Shown: positions 1-10,510, numbered from the stretch's first letter. The stretch: 64,000 bases of DNA from an uncultured Bdellovibrionales bacterium (GCA_964398485.1 CAYNMD010000003.1:1334-65333), one strand, 5' to 3'. Notes: generated by a model not told the origin, from the sequence alone. Program-made: numbers and translations.

Positions 1-4
1 GGCT

Positions 5-751
5 GTGCGGGATATGGTACCTGATGGTCTCTTTCATCAACTAACTGGAACGAGATATGAATTCCAGGGTGAAAATATTTCTATTGACCCGAACAAGTAC
101 GAACTCGAAGAGAGACAAATTGGCTCTGGTTCTGAGAACAATGTCTACAAGCTTACTTCGCTTGATCCAAACCTTCCTTCACTCGTCATCAAGGTTGATC
201 GAACAGGTACCGAAGATGTCGATGTGCTCCTCGAGCGTGGTAAAGAGGTGCGTCGTGAATGGGAAACGATGAAAGAGTGGTACCAAAGTGTCCCTGGCCT
301 CGTGCCGGATGAGTTTTATTTTATTGGTCGTTCACCTATCGGCGGGAGAAATGCCCTCATTACCATCCAGGAATATTTGGGAACCAAAGATGAACTGCGG
401 GATTTTTTTCGCGATGTTTCTGCAGGACGATTGCATGAACTGCTGACGTCAGACACAGCGTTTCGTCGGGATTTCATTGCTTTTGCTCGGGTGACTATCG
501 AACATGCTGAGAAATATGATGAGATGATTGATACCATTGGCGTAAACAATTTGGTTTTGGCGGAGCGGCCAGAAGGAGCGAGACTGTTTCTTATCGATCC
601 GCATGTTATCAAGCATCCTCGGGGGACAGAGGTAGAAAATGAGCGTCAAGAACTGAGTGAGCAGCTGACTCGTCTCCGCACCATGCTCGCTGAAGCTGAA
701 GCAATAGAAGCGACTACTTCTTCTCCCGACACAGCCAGTATCTCGGCTTGA
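5..751 (+). CDS. Protein-kinase-like fold hypothetical protein (probably 5'-truncated by the window edge)
   Basis: IGSGSENNVY (G-loop-like), LVIKV (catalytic Lys-like), DxxGxNNL and LFLID resemble kinase subdomains I, II, VIb and VII. Confidence 0.45.
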   Translation: MRDMVPDGLFHQLTGTRYEFQGENISIDPNKYELEERQIGSGSENNVYKLTSLDPNLPSLVIKVDRTGTEDVDVLLERGKEVRREWETMKEWYQSVPGLVPDEFYFIGRSPIGGRNALITIQEYLGTKDELRDFFRDVSAGRLHELLTSDTAFRRDFIAFARVTIEHAEKYDEMIDTIGVNNLVLAERPEGARLFLIDPHVIKHPRGTEVENERQELSEQLTRLRTMLAEAEAIEATTSSPDTASISA

Positions 752-819
752 AAATGGAGGAGAAAAGGAGTAAGTTTGAGATAGAAAGCTCAAACGAGCC
801 TATTTTGGTGTTGTAACGC

Positions 820-3165
820 ATGAATTTATCAGAAAGAGATATCTGCACCAAGTTTATTACTCCATCCTTGACTAAGGCTGGATGGGATTTACATACCCAG
901 ATTCGTGAAGAAGTCTCGTTTACCGCTGGGCCGATCATGATTCGCGGGAAAACAATTTCACGTGGAGAGAGGAAGCGTGCTGACTACATTCTTTATTATC
1001 GAAACAATTTCCCTATTGCTCTCATTGAGGCAAAGGACGATACCCACAGTGTGGGTGACGGGATGCAGCAGGCATTGTCCTACGCAGAAGCACTCGATAT
1101 TCCTTTCGTCTATAGTTCTAATGGTTCTGGCTTTCTCGAACATGATCGATTACAAAATACATCCAATATTGAACAAGAACTCTCTCTCGACGACTTTCCG
1201 TCTCCCACTGATTTGTATGAGCGCTATATAAAGGAAAAGGCATTCAGTGGAGAAGAAGAGAGCATTCTTGCACAAGAGTATTTTGATGATGGTTCTGGAA
1301 AAGCTCCACGGTACTATCAGATCAATGCGATCAATCGTGCAGTCGAAGCAGTAACCAAAGGGAAAGATCGAATTATGCTCGTCATGGCGACGGGTACTGG
1401 CAAGACGTATACAGCGTTTCAAATTATCTGGCGCCTATGGAAAGCGCGAAAGAAACAGCGTATTCTTTTTCTTGTGGATCGGACGGCACTCGCTCAGCAG
1501 ACACTGACAGGAGAATTTCGTCATTTCGGTAATGCTGTGACCAAAATAGATGGCCCAAGTGTTGATAAGGCCTACGAAGTATACATTGCTCTCTATCAAG
1601 GCCTCATGGGCGGCGAAGAGATGGAGAAGTTCAAACAGTTCTCACCAGACTTTTTCGATCTCGTTGTTGTCGACGAGTGTCATCGTGGCAGTGCTAAAGA
1701 CGATGGCCTCTGGCGCTCCATTCTCGAGTATTACAAAAATGCTACGCAAATTGGTCTCACGGCAACGCCCAAGGCAGCTGATGATGCCAATAACTTTGAG
1801 TATTTCGGCGAGCCAGTCTATACCTACTCTCTCAAACAGGGGATTGAAGACGGTTTTCTCGCCCCGTACAAAGTCATTCGCTATCGCTTCAACTACGATG
1901 AATGGCGACCACCGCAAGGCTTCGTGGACAGGTATGGCGAACCGGTTCCTGATGAGATCTTTACTGAGTCGATGTTCGACCGTTCTATTGTTCTTGAGGA
2001 TCGCAATCGGGCTGTAGCCAAGTGTATCGCTGATTTCATGCGCGAGATTGACCCATTCCAAAAGGTGATTGTTTTCTGTGTTGATCAGGACCACGCCGAA
2101 CGGATGCGACGCTTTCTCGTGAACGCTCTCTCTGAATTCTGTTCTGAAAACTCACGCTATGTAGTGCGGATCACTGGAGATGATGCCTTTGGCAAGATGG
2201 AGATTGAACACTTCATCAATCCAGAGTCCAAATATCCCGTCATTGCGACGACTTCCAAACTGCTCTCGACGGGTGTCGATACACAGACGGTCAAACTCGT
2301 GGTACTCGATGCCCCGATGAATTCAATGACAGAGTTCAAACAGGTTATCGGTCGCGGGACACGCATCAATGAGCAGTACGACAAATACTACTTCACCATC
2401 ATGGACTTTCGCAATGTGACCCGGCTTTTTGCGGACCCAGCCTTTGATGGCGAACCGGTCAAAGTGTATGAACAGGATACTACCGATCCGCTCCAAGCTG
2501 CCCGTGCTATCGAAGCAGAAACACAGTCCGAAGCCGAAATTGCAGAGCATCACCCAGGGGAAGAGATTCTCATCGACGGTACTGATGATAATCCGAAACC
2601 CAAGAAAATCCACATTACCGATGGCGTGACGTTTGATGTGATCCAAAAGATCGTTCAGTATATTGATCCAAAAACCGGCAAACTCATTACCACTTCGCTT
2701 GAGGACTATAGCAAGTCAACGATTCGTGGTATATACTCTTCACTTGATGACTTCCTTAATCGTTGGCAAGCAACTGAGCGCAAAGATGCTATCATCACTG
2801 AACTGCGAGAACGCGGTGTACTCTTCGATGAACTCCAGAAAACCGTGGGGCAAGACTGTGATGTCTTTGATCTTATCCTTCATATAGCTTATGGACAGAA
2901 GCCACTCACGCGGAGCGAACGGTTGAAAAAAGTCCGCGAAAGTAATTATTTTGCCAAATACCAGGGAGTAGCGAGAGAAATTATCGATCATCTTCTCGAG
3001 AAATACGCCGAGTATGGTATCGCGGCGATCGATGATGTCGGTGATCTTCAGGTGACGCCGTTTACAGAGTACGGTACGGCGCTTGAAATTCTCGAGATAT
3101 TTGGTGGTCGGGAGCAGTATATGCAGACTGTCCGAGAGATTGAGCGAGAACTCTACCACGTCTAA
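820..3165 (+). CDS. hsdR: Type I restriction enzyme R subunit (EcoAI/EcoEI-like)
   Basis: ADY..IEAK nuclease motif, MATGTGKT Walker A, DECHR, LTATP, QVIGRGTR; adjacent to hsdM and hsdS. Confidence 0.95.
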   Translation: MNLSERDICTKFITPSLTKAGWDLHTQIREEVSFTAGPIMIRGKTISRGERKRADYILYYRNNFPIALIEAKDDTHSVGDGMQQALSYAEALDIPFVYSSNGSGFLEHDRLQNTSNIEQELSLDDFPSPTDLYERYIKEKAFSGEEESILAQEYFDDGSGKAPRYYQINAINRAVEAVTKGKDRIMLVMATGTGKTYTAFQIIWRLWKARKKQRILFLVDRTALAQQTLTGEFRHFGNAVTKIDGPSVDKAYEVYIALYQGLMGGEEMEKFKQFSPDFFDLVVVDECHRGSAKDDGLWRSILEYYKNATQIGLTATPKAADDANNFEYFGEPVYTYSLKQGIEDGFLAPYKVIRYRFNYDEWRPPQGFVDRYGEPVPDEIFTESMFDRSIVLEDRNRAVAKCIADFMREIDPFQKVIVFCVDQDHAERMRRFLVNALSEFCSENSRYVVRITGDDAFGKMEIEHFINPESKYPVIATTSKLLSTGVDTQTVKLVVLDAPMNSMTEFKQVIGRGTRINEQYDKYYFTIMDFRNVTRLFADPAFDGEPVKVYEQDTTDPLQAARAIEAETQSEAEIAEHHPGEEILIDGTDDNPKPKKIHITDGVTFDVIQKIVQYIDPKTGKLITTSLEDYSKSTIRGIYSSLDDFLNRWQATERKDAIITELRERGVLFDELQKTVGQDCDVFDLILHIAYGQKPLTRSERLKKVRESNYFAKYQGVAREIIDHLLEKYAEYGIAAIDDVGDLQVTPFTEYGTALEILEIFGGREQYMQTVREIERELYHV

Positions 3166-3168
3166 TCT

Positions 3169-4596
3169 ATGTCCGAAATTCAAAATATCATCAAAAGCAT
3201 TCAGAATATCATGCGCAAAGACGCTGGAGTGGATGGTGATGCTCAGCGCCTCTCGCAGCTCGTGTGGATGCTCTTTCTCAAGATCTATGATGATCGAGAG
3301 AAAAACCTCGAAGCGATCGACCCGAGCTACCATTCCCCGATACCTGAGGAATTTCGCTGGCGCTACTGGGCTGCCAACCCCGAAGGGATCACGGGGGATG
3401 ATCTTCGCACCTTCATCGATAAAGATCTCTTTCCGGCGCTCAAAAACCTTTCTCTCCATGGGAGCAATCAAAATGCCGCTATCGTCCGGGGAGTCTTTGC
3501 CGACTCCTATAATTACATGAAGAACGGGACGCTCATACGACAAGTGGCCAACAAAATCAATGAAGTGAATTTCAACAAAAAAGCTGATCGTCACCAGTTT
3601 GGTGATATCTATGAAAAGCTGCTCAAGGATTTGCAGAGTGCTGGCAATGCTGGTGAATTCTATACTCCACGGCCACTCACCAACTTTGTGGTAGGGATGG
3701 TTGATCCGAAACTTGGAGAGAAAATCCTTGATCCGGCTTGTGGCACGGGCGGATTTCTCATCTCCACGCTCGAGCATATCCGTGCGCACGAGGTCAAGAC
3801 ACAGGATGACGAATCTGCTCTCGAGTCATTGCTCCATGGCGTCGAGTTGAAACCACTCCCACATCTCCTTGCGACAACCAATTTTCTCTTGCACGATGTT
3901 GGCAATCCGGCGACCATCAGACGCGATGATATGCTCTCGTATCCACTCACCTCGTATGGCCCGGCTGATCGAGTCGATGTGATCGTGGCCAATCCACCCT
4001 TTGGTGGAGTGGTGGCCGATGGGACCCAGGCCAATTTCCCGAGCGACCTCCGCACCAAAGATACTGCCCTTCTCTTTCTCATCCTCTTCATCCATCTCTT
4101 GAAGCCTGGTGGCAGAGCAGGGGTGGTGCTCCCAGATGGTGTTCTCTTTGGTGACAATACTGCTGCCAAGATCAAAGAAAAGCTCCTTGCCGAATGCAAT
4201 GTCCACACGATAGTGCGGCTTCCTGCCGGGGTCTTCAATCCCTATGCGGGGGTCAATACCAATCTCATTTTTTTTGAGAAAGGCCAGCCAACCAAAGAAG
4301 TGTGGTATTACCAGATGCCGCTCCCCGAGGGACTCCGTGCCTATACCAAGACACGGCCGATTACCGATGCTGAATTTGAACCGGTCAAGAAATGGTGGAG
4401 GAAGCGAAAAGAAAATGAATTTGCGTGGAAAGTTTCTATCAATCAAATCCGCGAGCGTAATTGGTCACTCGACTTCAAGAATCCTAACGGTCAAGTAGTT
4501 GAGGAACACAAAACCCCGAAGGAGATTTTGGGAGATATTGAGGACAAGGAAAAAGAAATTTCCAAACTGTTGAATGAGATGCGGCAAGAGATATGA
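3169..4596 (+). CDS. hsdM: Type I RM N6-adenine methyltransferase M subunit
   Basis: GEFYTPR, DPACGTGGFL (SAM binding), NPPF catalytic motif. Confidence 0.95.
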   Translation: MSEIQNIIKSIQNIMRKDAGVDGDAQRLSQLVWMLFLKIYDDREKNLEAIDPSYHSPIPEEFRWRYWAANPEGITGDDLRTFIDKDLFPALKNLSLHGSNQNAAIVRGVFADSYNYMKNGTLIRQVANKINEVNFNKKADRHQFGDIYEKLLKDLQSAGNAGEFYTPRPLTNFVVGMVDPKLGEKILDPACGTGGFLISTLEHIRAHEVKTQDDESALESLLHGVELKPLPHLLATTNFLLHDVGNPATIRRDDMLSYPLTSYGPADRVDVIVANPPFGGVVADGTQANFPSDLRTKDTALLFLILFIHLLKPGGRAGVVLPDGVLFGDNTAAKIKEKLLAECNVHTIVRLPAGVFNPYAGVNTNLIFFEKGQPTKEVWYYQMPLPEGLRAYTKTRPITDAEFEPVKKWWRKRKENEFAWKVSINQIRERNWSLDFKNPNGQVVEEHKTPKEILGDIEDKEKEISKLLNEMRQEI

Positions 4597-5351
4597 ATAA
4601 ACTTGAATTAACAAGAGAGAATTTTCGTTTGCTTGCATCAATTATTTCATCTGCTACATCTGGGACGCTCTTTACTAAATTATTGATGGACGCCGGTTGG
4701 ACACCAGAATCAACGGCTTCACAGGCGTGGCAATTAGCAAGAAAATCCAAAGAAGACTATCTCTTTGATCAATTTGTGCAAATTGCAGAGCAAGGACGTG
4801 AGGACATTGTTGAGTTTGTTGTGGAGAAAACAATCATAAAAAGTAGTGTTTACTTCAAGAAAGGAGATAAAGACTATAAGTTTCCTCGAGATACCTTTAC
4901 GGCTCTAAAGAAAAAAGTTGGTAAAAAAGAAGTTGTTTTACAAAAGAAGGACGTTAAACTTTTTAATGAGAGGAAGTTTCACCCCTCAGTAGTTTTCGCA
5001 AGCAAGAGGCTTTTTTCCGATGGATACTATTCACAAGCAATCTTTGAGGCCTGCAAACTTTTAAATAAAAGAGTACAAGAACGCTCTGGTTCATCAAAAG
5101 ATGGAAAATCTTTGATGCTGGATGTTTTCAGTGTCAATAATCCTAGACTTAAATTCTCTGATATAACAAGTCAGTCAGGAAGAGATGAACAGGAGGGCTT
5201 TATGCATATCTTTGCTGGAGTAATGCAGGGAGTTAGAAACCCAAAGGGTCACGACATTATAGATCTCAGGGATTCGAGTCGTGCCTTGGAGTATATGAGT
5301 ATTGTGAGTCTTCTTTTTAGGAAGTTGGAGGAAATAGATAATGGAAAATAG
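4593..5351 (+). CDS. TIGR02391/Ymh-family protein with HEPN-like RxxxxH motif
   Basis: LFSDGYYSQAIFEACK, DGKSLM..F, EQEGFMHIFAG, VRNPKGHD; AT-rich; ATGA overlap with hsdM stop. Confidence 0.8.
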   Translation: MNKLELTRENFRLLASIISSATSGTLFTKLLMDAGWTPESTASQAWQLARKSKEDYLFDQFVQIAEQGREDIVEFVVEKTIIKSSVYFKKGDKDYKFPRDTFTALKKKVGKKEVVLQKKDVKLFNERKFHPSVVFASKRLFSDGYYSQAIFEACKLLNKRVQERSGSSKDGKSLMLDVFSVNNPRLKFSDITSQSGRDEQEGFMHIFAGVMQGVRNPKGHDIIDLRDSSRALEYMSIVSLLFRKLEEIDNGK

Positions 5352-6138
5352 AACCAAGTTTTTTATTTTTAGTGACGAGTCAGGAAGCTGGCATGATCCA
5401 GCAGATATTTACGTTAGGTCATGGGTCGTAATAACAAGTGAAGAATATAACAAGCTGCTGGCCAAGGTTGATGAAATTGCTAGTTTTATCGGATCAAAAG
5501 AACTATCGTGGAATACTTTAGCAGGCAACAAGAACCTCTTTCACTCATTTGATGGGATTAGTTTTAGGATTTTTATTACGGTCTCTTGTCCAAAAGATAT
5601 TTCATGGGGTACGAAATATCGGCTGACGAAAAATTTTGAAACGAGTATATTAGGTTTTGATTTTGGTGAGCTGGATGAAGGTTTAAGGGCATACATTAAA
5701 GATAGGATTTATAAAGATATAAAGAATGCATTATTTTTAAACTTCTATGAAAGGTATCATATTGAAAATGCAAAAAAGGGGATTGAACGCGTTATCAAAC
5801 CAACTGATTATGATTTGATATATCGTATTGATCCTCCACAGATGCCCCAAGAAGGATGGAAGAATATACTACAGAAAGTTGATAACTCTTCTTCAATTAA
5901 TATAGAATTTCCAAAATCAAGCCGGACACAAGGGATACAATTTGCAGATGTGGTTGCTGGTTGTTTCCGATCCTTGCTTTTAAAGGGTAGAAAGTTTGAA
6001 GAGTCAAAAGAGTTTTTAAAAGTTATTAAAGATCGCATTATACAGAAGAATAAGGAGAACCCAAATCCAAATCTAATATTTTTTGGAGAAATGAACAACG
6101 ATATAAAGTTAAACTGTGCAGATATCTGGAAGTACTGA
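5341..6138 (+). CDS. DUF3800-family protein (RNase H-like fold)
   Basis: N-terminal FIFSDESG and C-terminal GIQFADVVAG motifs; AT-rich. Confidence 0.7.
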   Translation: MENRTKFFIFSDESGSWHDPADIYVRSWVVITSEEYNKLLAKVDEIASFIGSKELSWNTLAGNKNLFHSFDGISFRIFITVSCPKDISWGTKYRLTKNFETSILGFDFGELDEGLRAYIKDRIYKDIKNALFLNFYERYHIENAKKGIERVIKPTDYDLIYRIDPPQMPQEGWKNILQKVDNSSSINIEFPKSSRTQGIQFADVVAGCFRSLLLKGRKFEESKEFLKVIKDRIIQKNKENPNPNLIFFGEMNNDIKLNCADIWKY

Positions 6139-6142
6139 ATTT

Positions 6143-7324
6143 ATGAACTACCCAACAAAAAAACTTGGAGAGGTTTGTGGAGTTGTTGGTGGGGGGACGC
6201 CATCGACAAAAGTTAGTGAATATTGGGGCAACAAATACCATTGGGTAACACCGAAGGACTTGGGCCAGTTGAAGAGTGTAGAGATTTCCCAGACCAATAA
6301 ACAAATTACCGATAGTGGATTAAGGGACTCTTCGGCAAAACTGCTTCCCGCTGGATCTGTTATCCTCTCATCTCGTGCCCCTATTGGATATGTTGCAATT
6401 AATACTGTGCCAATGGCTACGAATCAAGGATGTCGCAGTTTCGTATGTGGGCCGAAAGTTTTTAATAAGTATCTGTATTACTTTTTGATCGCCTCCCATG
6501 ACTATCTTCAAACATTGGGAGGCGGCTCAACTTTTCTTGAAGTTTCCGGATCACGTCTGAAAGAGATTGAAATCCGGGTTCCGCCTATTAGGGAGCAGGG
6601 GAAGATTGTTGCGAAGATAGAACGGCAATTTGCCAAGATGGACGAGGCCGCGCGGTTGCGCGCGGAGAGTGAGGCTCTTGCCGAAAAACTCCTCCCCGCC
6701 GCCCTCCACGAAATCTTCTCCTCACACAATTGGGATTTGGTCTCTCTCAGTGATGTGGTTACGAGTTTTCAATACGGTAGTTCAAAAAAAGCCTCTGATA
6801 TTGGTGAGGTTGTGTGTGTAAGAATGGGTAACTTACAGAGCGGTGAAATCGATTGGACAAATCTGAAATATGCTCCAGATAATGAAGAATTAGAGAAATT
6901 TTTTCTACGTGATGGTGATGTATTATTTAACCGTACCAACAGTCCTGAGCTTGTGGGCAAGACCGCAATTTATCGGGGTGATAGGCCCGCCATATTTGCT
7001 GGTTATTTGATTCGTATAAACTACGTACGGGATAAAGTGCTAGGACAATATTTAAACTATTGTCTTAATTCTGATTTTGCAAAAGACTTCTGTCAGAGAG
7101 TTAAAACGGATGGAGTAAGTCAGTCTAATATTAATGCGCAGAAGCTTGCAACATTTACCTTCCCACTTCCACCGCTTACAGAACAAAAGAAGATTGTGAA
7201 AAAGTTGGATGCTCTCGCTGAAAAGGTGAAGGCCCTCCGCGAGCTGCAGGCAGCTCAAGCAGCCGATCTCAAAGCCCTCAAGCAATCCATCCTCCATCAG
7301 GCATTCAGTGGAGATGGGAAGTAG
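6143..7324 (+). CDS. hsdS: Type I RM specificity subunit
   Basis: Two target-recognition domains (GGGTPS..YWG..WVTPKD; FQYG..RMGNLQ) with PPIREQ and PPLTEQ conserved regions; start moved to ATG 6143. Confidence 0.93.
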   Translation: MNYPTKKLGEVCGVVGGGTPSTKVSEYWGNKYHWVTPKDLGQLKSVEISQTNKQITDSGLRDSSAKLLPAGSVILSSRAPIGYVAINTVPMATNQGCRSFVCGPKVFNKYLYYFLIASHDYLQTLGGGSTFLEVSGSRLKEIEIRVPPIREQGKIVAKIERQFAKMDEAARLRAESEALAEKLLPAALHEIFSSHNWDLVSLSDVVTSFQYGSSKKASDIGEVVCVRMGNLQSGEIDWTNLKYAPDNEELEKFFLRDGDVLFNRTNSPELVGKTAIYRGDRPAIFAGYLIRINYVRDKVLGQYLNYCLNSDFAKDFCQRVKTDGVSQSNINAQKLATFTFPLPPLTEQKKIVKKLDALAEKVKALRELQAAQAADLKALKQSILHQAFSGDGK

Positions 7325-7350
7325 ATATTGTCAGGGCGTACAATAGCGAT

Positions 7351-7590
7351 ATGAAAAATCAGTATCCTAATGATGGGAAGCGACATCCTGACCTCTCAGA
7401 TCTCTGGCACGAGATTGTCGAGGCAGCGCGGCCATTGGGAGCGAGCTCCTCTTTTTACCTCTGGGTCTTCGCTGTGGTTGCACTTATGTCGTACCCTGAT
7501 TGGCGGGCCATCGTCGGATGGGGGTTTGCGCTTTTTGGTTTGTGGGGGATTTTGTTCCTTCGCTCCCGGTTTCGTTTACCAATAAAGTGA
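7351..7590 (+). CDS. Small membrane protein, hypothetical
   Basis: Two hydrophobic segments; TACAAT 6 nt before the ATG. Confidence 0.55.
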   Translation: MKNQYPNDGKRHPDLSDLWHEIVEAARPLGASSSFYLWVFAVVALMSYPDWRAIVGWGFALFGLWGILFLRSRFRLPIK

Positions 7591-7635
7591 AGGACTGAGT
7601 GCAACAGGGTGACGGACAAAAATTAAACGTACAGT

Positions 7636-8001
7636 ATGCCAAAAAAAGTTGAGACAGTAAGTGAATATATCATGACAGCACCAGCTTGGGCGCGGCCGAC
7701 GCTGCGAGAACTCCGTCGAGTGATTCGTGCCGCCGCTCCCAAGGCGAAGGAATCAATTAGTTATCACATGCCCTACTATGCCGAGGAAGGGCGCGTGGCG
7801 TATTTTGGAGCGTACCGAGATCACTGCAGTTTCCATTGGGTGAGTAGCGAGGACAAGCGAGAACTGAGTGAGGTTCTGAAAAAAGTGAAAGTAGCAGGGA
7901 GTACGCTGCATATTCCGCGCGGGGAGCGGGTACCGGTGAGAGTGATCACTCAATTGGTGCGAGCTCATGTGAAACATAATCTCGCTAAAAAGAGAAGATA
8001 G
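7636..8001 (+). CDS. DUF1801/YdhG-like protein
   Basis: TVSEYI..L..LR..I..AAP..E.ISY.MP.Y pattern. Confidence 0.75.
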   Translation: MPKKVETVSEYIMTAPAWARPTLRELRRVIRAAAPKAKESISYHMPYYAEEGRVAYFGAYRDHCSFHWVSSEDKRELSEVLKKVKVAGSTLHIPRGERVPVRVITQLVRAHVKHNLAKKRR

Positions 8002-8062
8002 ACTTTTTCGGAGATGACTCTAAGAGTACTACAATTACTGACTAATCATTCTCTAAAAAAAT

Positions 8063-8548
8063 ATGCATACAGCAGTTTTTACCAAAGATCTCGAACAGGG
8101 GACGCTTCGGGTCGAGCGCATGTTTGATGCCGCACCTGAGAAAGTGTGGCAGGCACATACACAGAGTGAGCTTCTTGGTGAATGGTGGGCACCCAAGCCA
8201 TGGAAAGCCGTGACGGTCTCGATGGATTTTCGTGAGGGAGGGAAGTGGCTCTATTACATGCTCGGGCCCGAGGGTGAGCGGCATTACTGCACGCAGACCT
8301 ATGAAACAATTGAGCCTGGGAAAAGCTTTATGGGTGAAGATTATTTTTGTGATGAAAACGGAGTGAAAAAAGAAGATATGCCCGTCTCTCACTGGACGAT
8401 GCAGCTCGTGCCACAGGAAAATGGTACAGAGATGATAACGACGGTGCGTTATGCCAAAGCGGATGATCTTCGCAAAGTAATTGAGATGGGCATGGAGGAG
8501 GGGTATGCCATGGGACTCAATCAGCTTGAGGCGTTCCTCAATAAATAA
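8063..8548 (+). CDS. SRPBCC/AHSA1 domain protein
   Basis: VERMFDAAPEKVWQA, WWAPKPW, MDFREGG.W.Y.M.GP, GMEEG. Confidence 0.85.
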   Translation: MHTAVFTKDLEQGTLRVERMFDAAPEKVWQAHTQSELLGEWWAPKPWKAVTVSMDFREGGKWLYYMLGPEGERHYCTQTYETIEPGKSFMGEDYFCDENGVKKEDMPVSHWTMQLVPQENGTEMITTVRYAKADDLRKVIEMGMEEGYAMGLNQLEAFLNK

Positions 8549-8565
8549 TTTTCTATCTTTTATAT

Positions 8566-9000
8566 ATGGCCAGAGTCAGTACCTATCTCAATTTTACTAA
8601 TCAAACAGAGCAGGCTTTCCATTTTTATCAAGAAGTGTTTGGGACACAATTGGTTGGCGAAGTGGCTCGTTTTGGAGACATACCACCTGCTGAGGGTATG
8701 CCGCCGCTTTCTGAGGAAGACAAACAGTTAGTCATGCATATGGAGCTCCCGATACTCGGTGGACATGTGCTTATGGGTACCGATGCTCCGGCTTCGATGG
8801 GCTTTGCGGTACAGCAGGGTAATGCTACTCACATCAATCTTGAACCAGATGCTCTAGAGGAAGCGAAGCGCTTGTTTGATGCGCTTTCTCAAGGGGGGAA
8901 AGTGGATATGCCTCTCCAAAAAATGTTTTGGGGTGCTCACTTTGCATCCTTTACGGATCGTTTTGGCGTGCACTGGATGATAAACTGTGCGGGAGCGTAG
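8566..9000 (+). CDS. VOC/PhnB-family protein
   Basis: YLNF..AF.FY..VFG, VMH.EL, FWGA.F..F.DRFGV.WM. Confidence 0.85.
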   Translation: MARVSTYLNFTNQTEQAFHFYQEVFGTQLVGEVARFGDIPPAEGMPPLSEEDKQLVMHMELPILGGHVLMGTDAPASMGFAVQQGNATHINLEPDALEEAKRLFDALSQGGKVDMPLQKMFWGAHFASFTDRFGVHWMINCAGA

Positions 9001-9008
9001 GGAAGAGT

Positions 9009-9284
9009 ATGGGCGCGCTGCATCGAGTCCCTCAGGATCTCAAAGCAATTCTCGATAGTCAGTCTGATGTACGAAAGCAGTGGGAGAGTCTCACTCCACT
9101 TGCGCGGAATGAGTGGGTTTGTTATGTCACCATCGTCAAGAAACCTGAAACGAGAGCGAGCCATCTCCAAAGACTCGTGAGTGATCTCCGTGGTGGTAAA
9201 CGTCGTCCCTGCTGTTGGCCAGGCTGCCCACATCGTCGGCCCGAGGCTGCCAAATGGTTTGGTAAAAGAATGGCTAAAGTATAG
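9009..9284 (+). CDS. YdeI/OmpD-associated family protein
   Basis: VPQDL..W..LTPLARNEW.C...KKPETR, RRPCCWPGC; start moved to ATG 9009. Confidence 0.75.
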   Translation: MGALHRVPQDLKAILDSQSDVRKQWESLTPLARNEWVCYVTIVKKPETRASHLQRLVSDLRGGKRRPCCWPGCPHRRPEAAKWFGKRMAKV

Positions 9285-9286
9285 AC

Positions 9287-9826
9287 ATGTTCCAGTACAC
9301 TGTGCGAAAAAGACGAGGGGCCAAGTATCTCCGGTTGAGAGTAGTTCCTCCTGGTGAGATTATTATTTCCGCCCCGACCTGGCTCGGAGGAGAGGCGATC
9401 GAGCAGTTTCTCGAAGAAAAGGCAGCGTGGCTCCGGGCCAAGCTTTCTCTCGTGAAGCATATCCCTCGGCGCCGAACGAAAAGAGAAGAGCGGCGAGACT
9501 ATGAAGAGAAAAAAGAAACAGCAAGAACTCTCGTAGAGGAGTGCGTGGTGAGACTCAATCAGGGCTATCGGTTTCCGGTCGGTCGCATCACGATCCGCAA
9601 TCAGAAAACTCGTTGGGGGAGCTGTTCGAGTCAGGGGAACCTGAGTTTTAATTACCGGATCGTTTATCTTTCGCCGAGAGAACGAGACTATATCGTCGTA
9701 CATGAACTCTGTCATCTCAAAGAAATGAATCACTCGCCTCGCTTTTGGGCGCTGGTGGAGAAAGCTATGCCGGATTACCTGGTGCTGCGGCGACGCTTGC
9801 GAGAACAGGGGAAGCTTTTGTACTAG
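9287..9826 (+). CDS. M48-like (DUF45/YgjP) metal-dependent hydrolase
   Basis: [24 protein letters not shown]. Confidence 0.88.
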   Translation: MFQYTVRKRRGAKYLRLRVVPPGEIIISAPTWLGGEAIEQFLEEKAAWLRAKLSLVKHIPRRRTKREERRDYEEKKETARTLVEECVVRLNQGYRFPVGRITIRNQKTRWGSCSSQGNLSFNYRIVYLSPRERDYIVVHELCHLKEMNHSPRFWALVEKAMPDYLVLRRRLREQGKLLY

Positions 9827-9830
9827 AACT

Positions 9831-10076
9831 ATGTATTTTCTCTATTTGCTCCAGTGCGCTGATGGGACGCTCTACACGGGGATCACAACCGATCTCAAGC
9901 GGCGACTTGCCGAACACAACACTTCGCTTCGAGGGGCAAAATATACACGGGGTCGTCGGCCAGTGGTACTTGTCTACAGTAAGAAGTTCCGCAGCCGCTG
10001 CGCCGCTTCGAGTGCCGAATCCCAAATGAAAAAACTTACTCGGGCGGAAAAGTTAGCTCTCTTTCAGGGTGAATAG
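9831..10076 (+). CDS. GIY-YIG nuclease family protein
   Basis: [31 protein letters not shown]. Confidence 0.9.
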   Translation: MYFLYLLQCADGTLYTGITTDLKRRLAEHNTSLRGAKYTRGRRPVVLVYSKKFRSRCAASSAESQMKKLTRAEKLALFQGE

Positions 10077-10105
10077 GGTATACTGAAAAAAAGTATTTTG
10101 TTTTT

Positions 10106-10510
10106 ATGAATGCCAACAATGCATCAATGTGGTATGCGAGTCTGGTAAAGCCCTCCTGGGCACCGCCGGAATGGCTTTTTGGTCCAGTATGGACTGTGCT
10201 GTACGTCATTATTGCCGTCTCATTTGGCTATGTCGCCTGGCGGTATTTTCACAGGGCGCTTCCGGGGATAGTCCTTCTTCCCTTTATACTCAATATAGTC
10301 TTCAACTTGCTCTTTTCGCCGATCCAATTTGGTCTTCGAAATAATGAATTAGCCGCACTGGACATCCTTCTTGTACTTGGGACACTGCTCTGGGCACTCA
10401 TAGCCATCAGACCGTATGTGCCGTGGGTGAGTCTCGTTAATCTCCCGTACCTTATGTGGGTGAGTTTTGCTACGGTTCTCCAACTTACTATCACTTGGCT
10501 TAATCGCTAG
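10106..10510 (+). CDS. tspO: TspO/MBR tryptophan-rich sensory protein
   Basis: WY..L.KP.WAPP.WLFGPVWT.LY; LPYL.WV.FA. Confidence 0.88.
   Translation: MNANNASMWYASLVKPSWAPPEWLFGPVWTVLYVIIAVSFGYVAWRYFHRALPGIVLLPFILNIVFNLLFSPIQFGLRNNELAALDILLVLGTLLWALIAIRPYVPWVSLVNLPYLMWVSFATVLQLTITWLNR

Noticed and set aside
2740-4446. Long minus-strand ORFs (349, 192, 206 aa)
   Set aside because: Antisense to hsdR/hsdM with no motifs.
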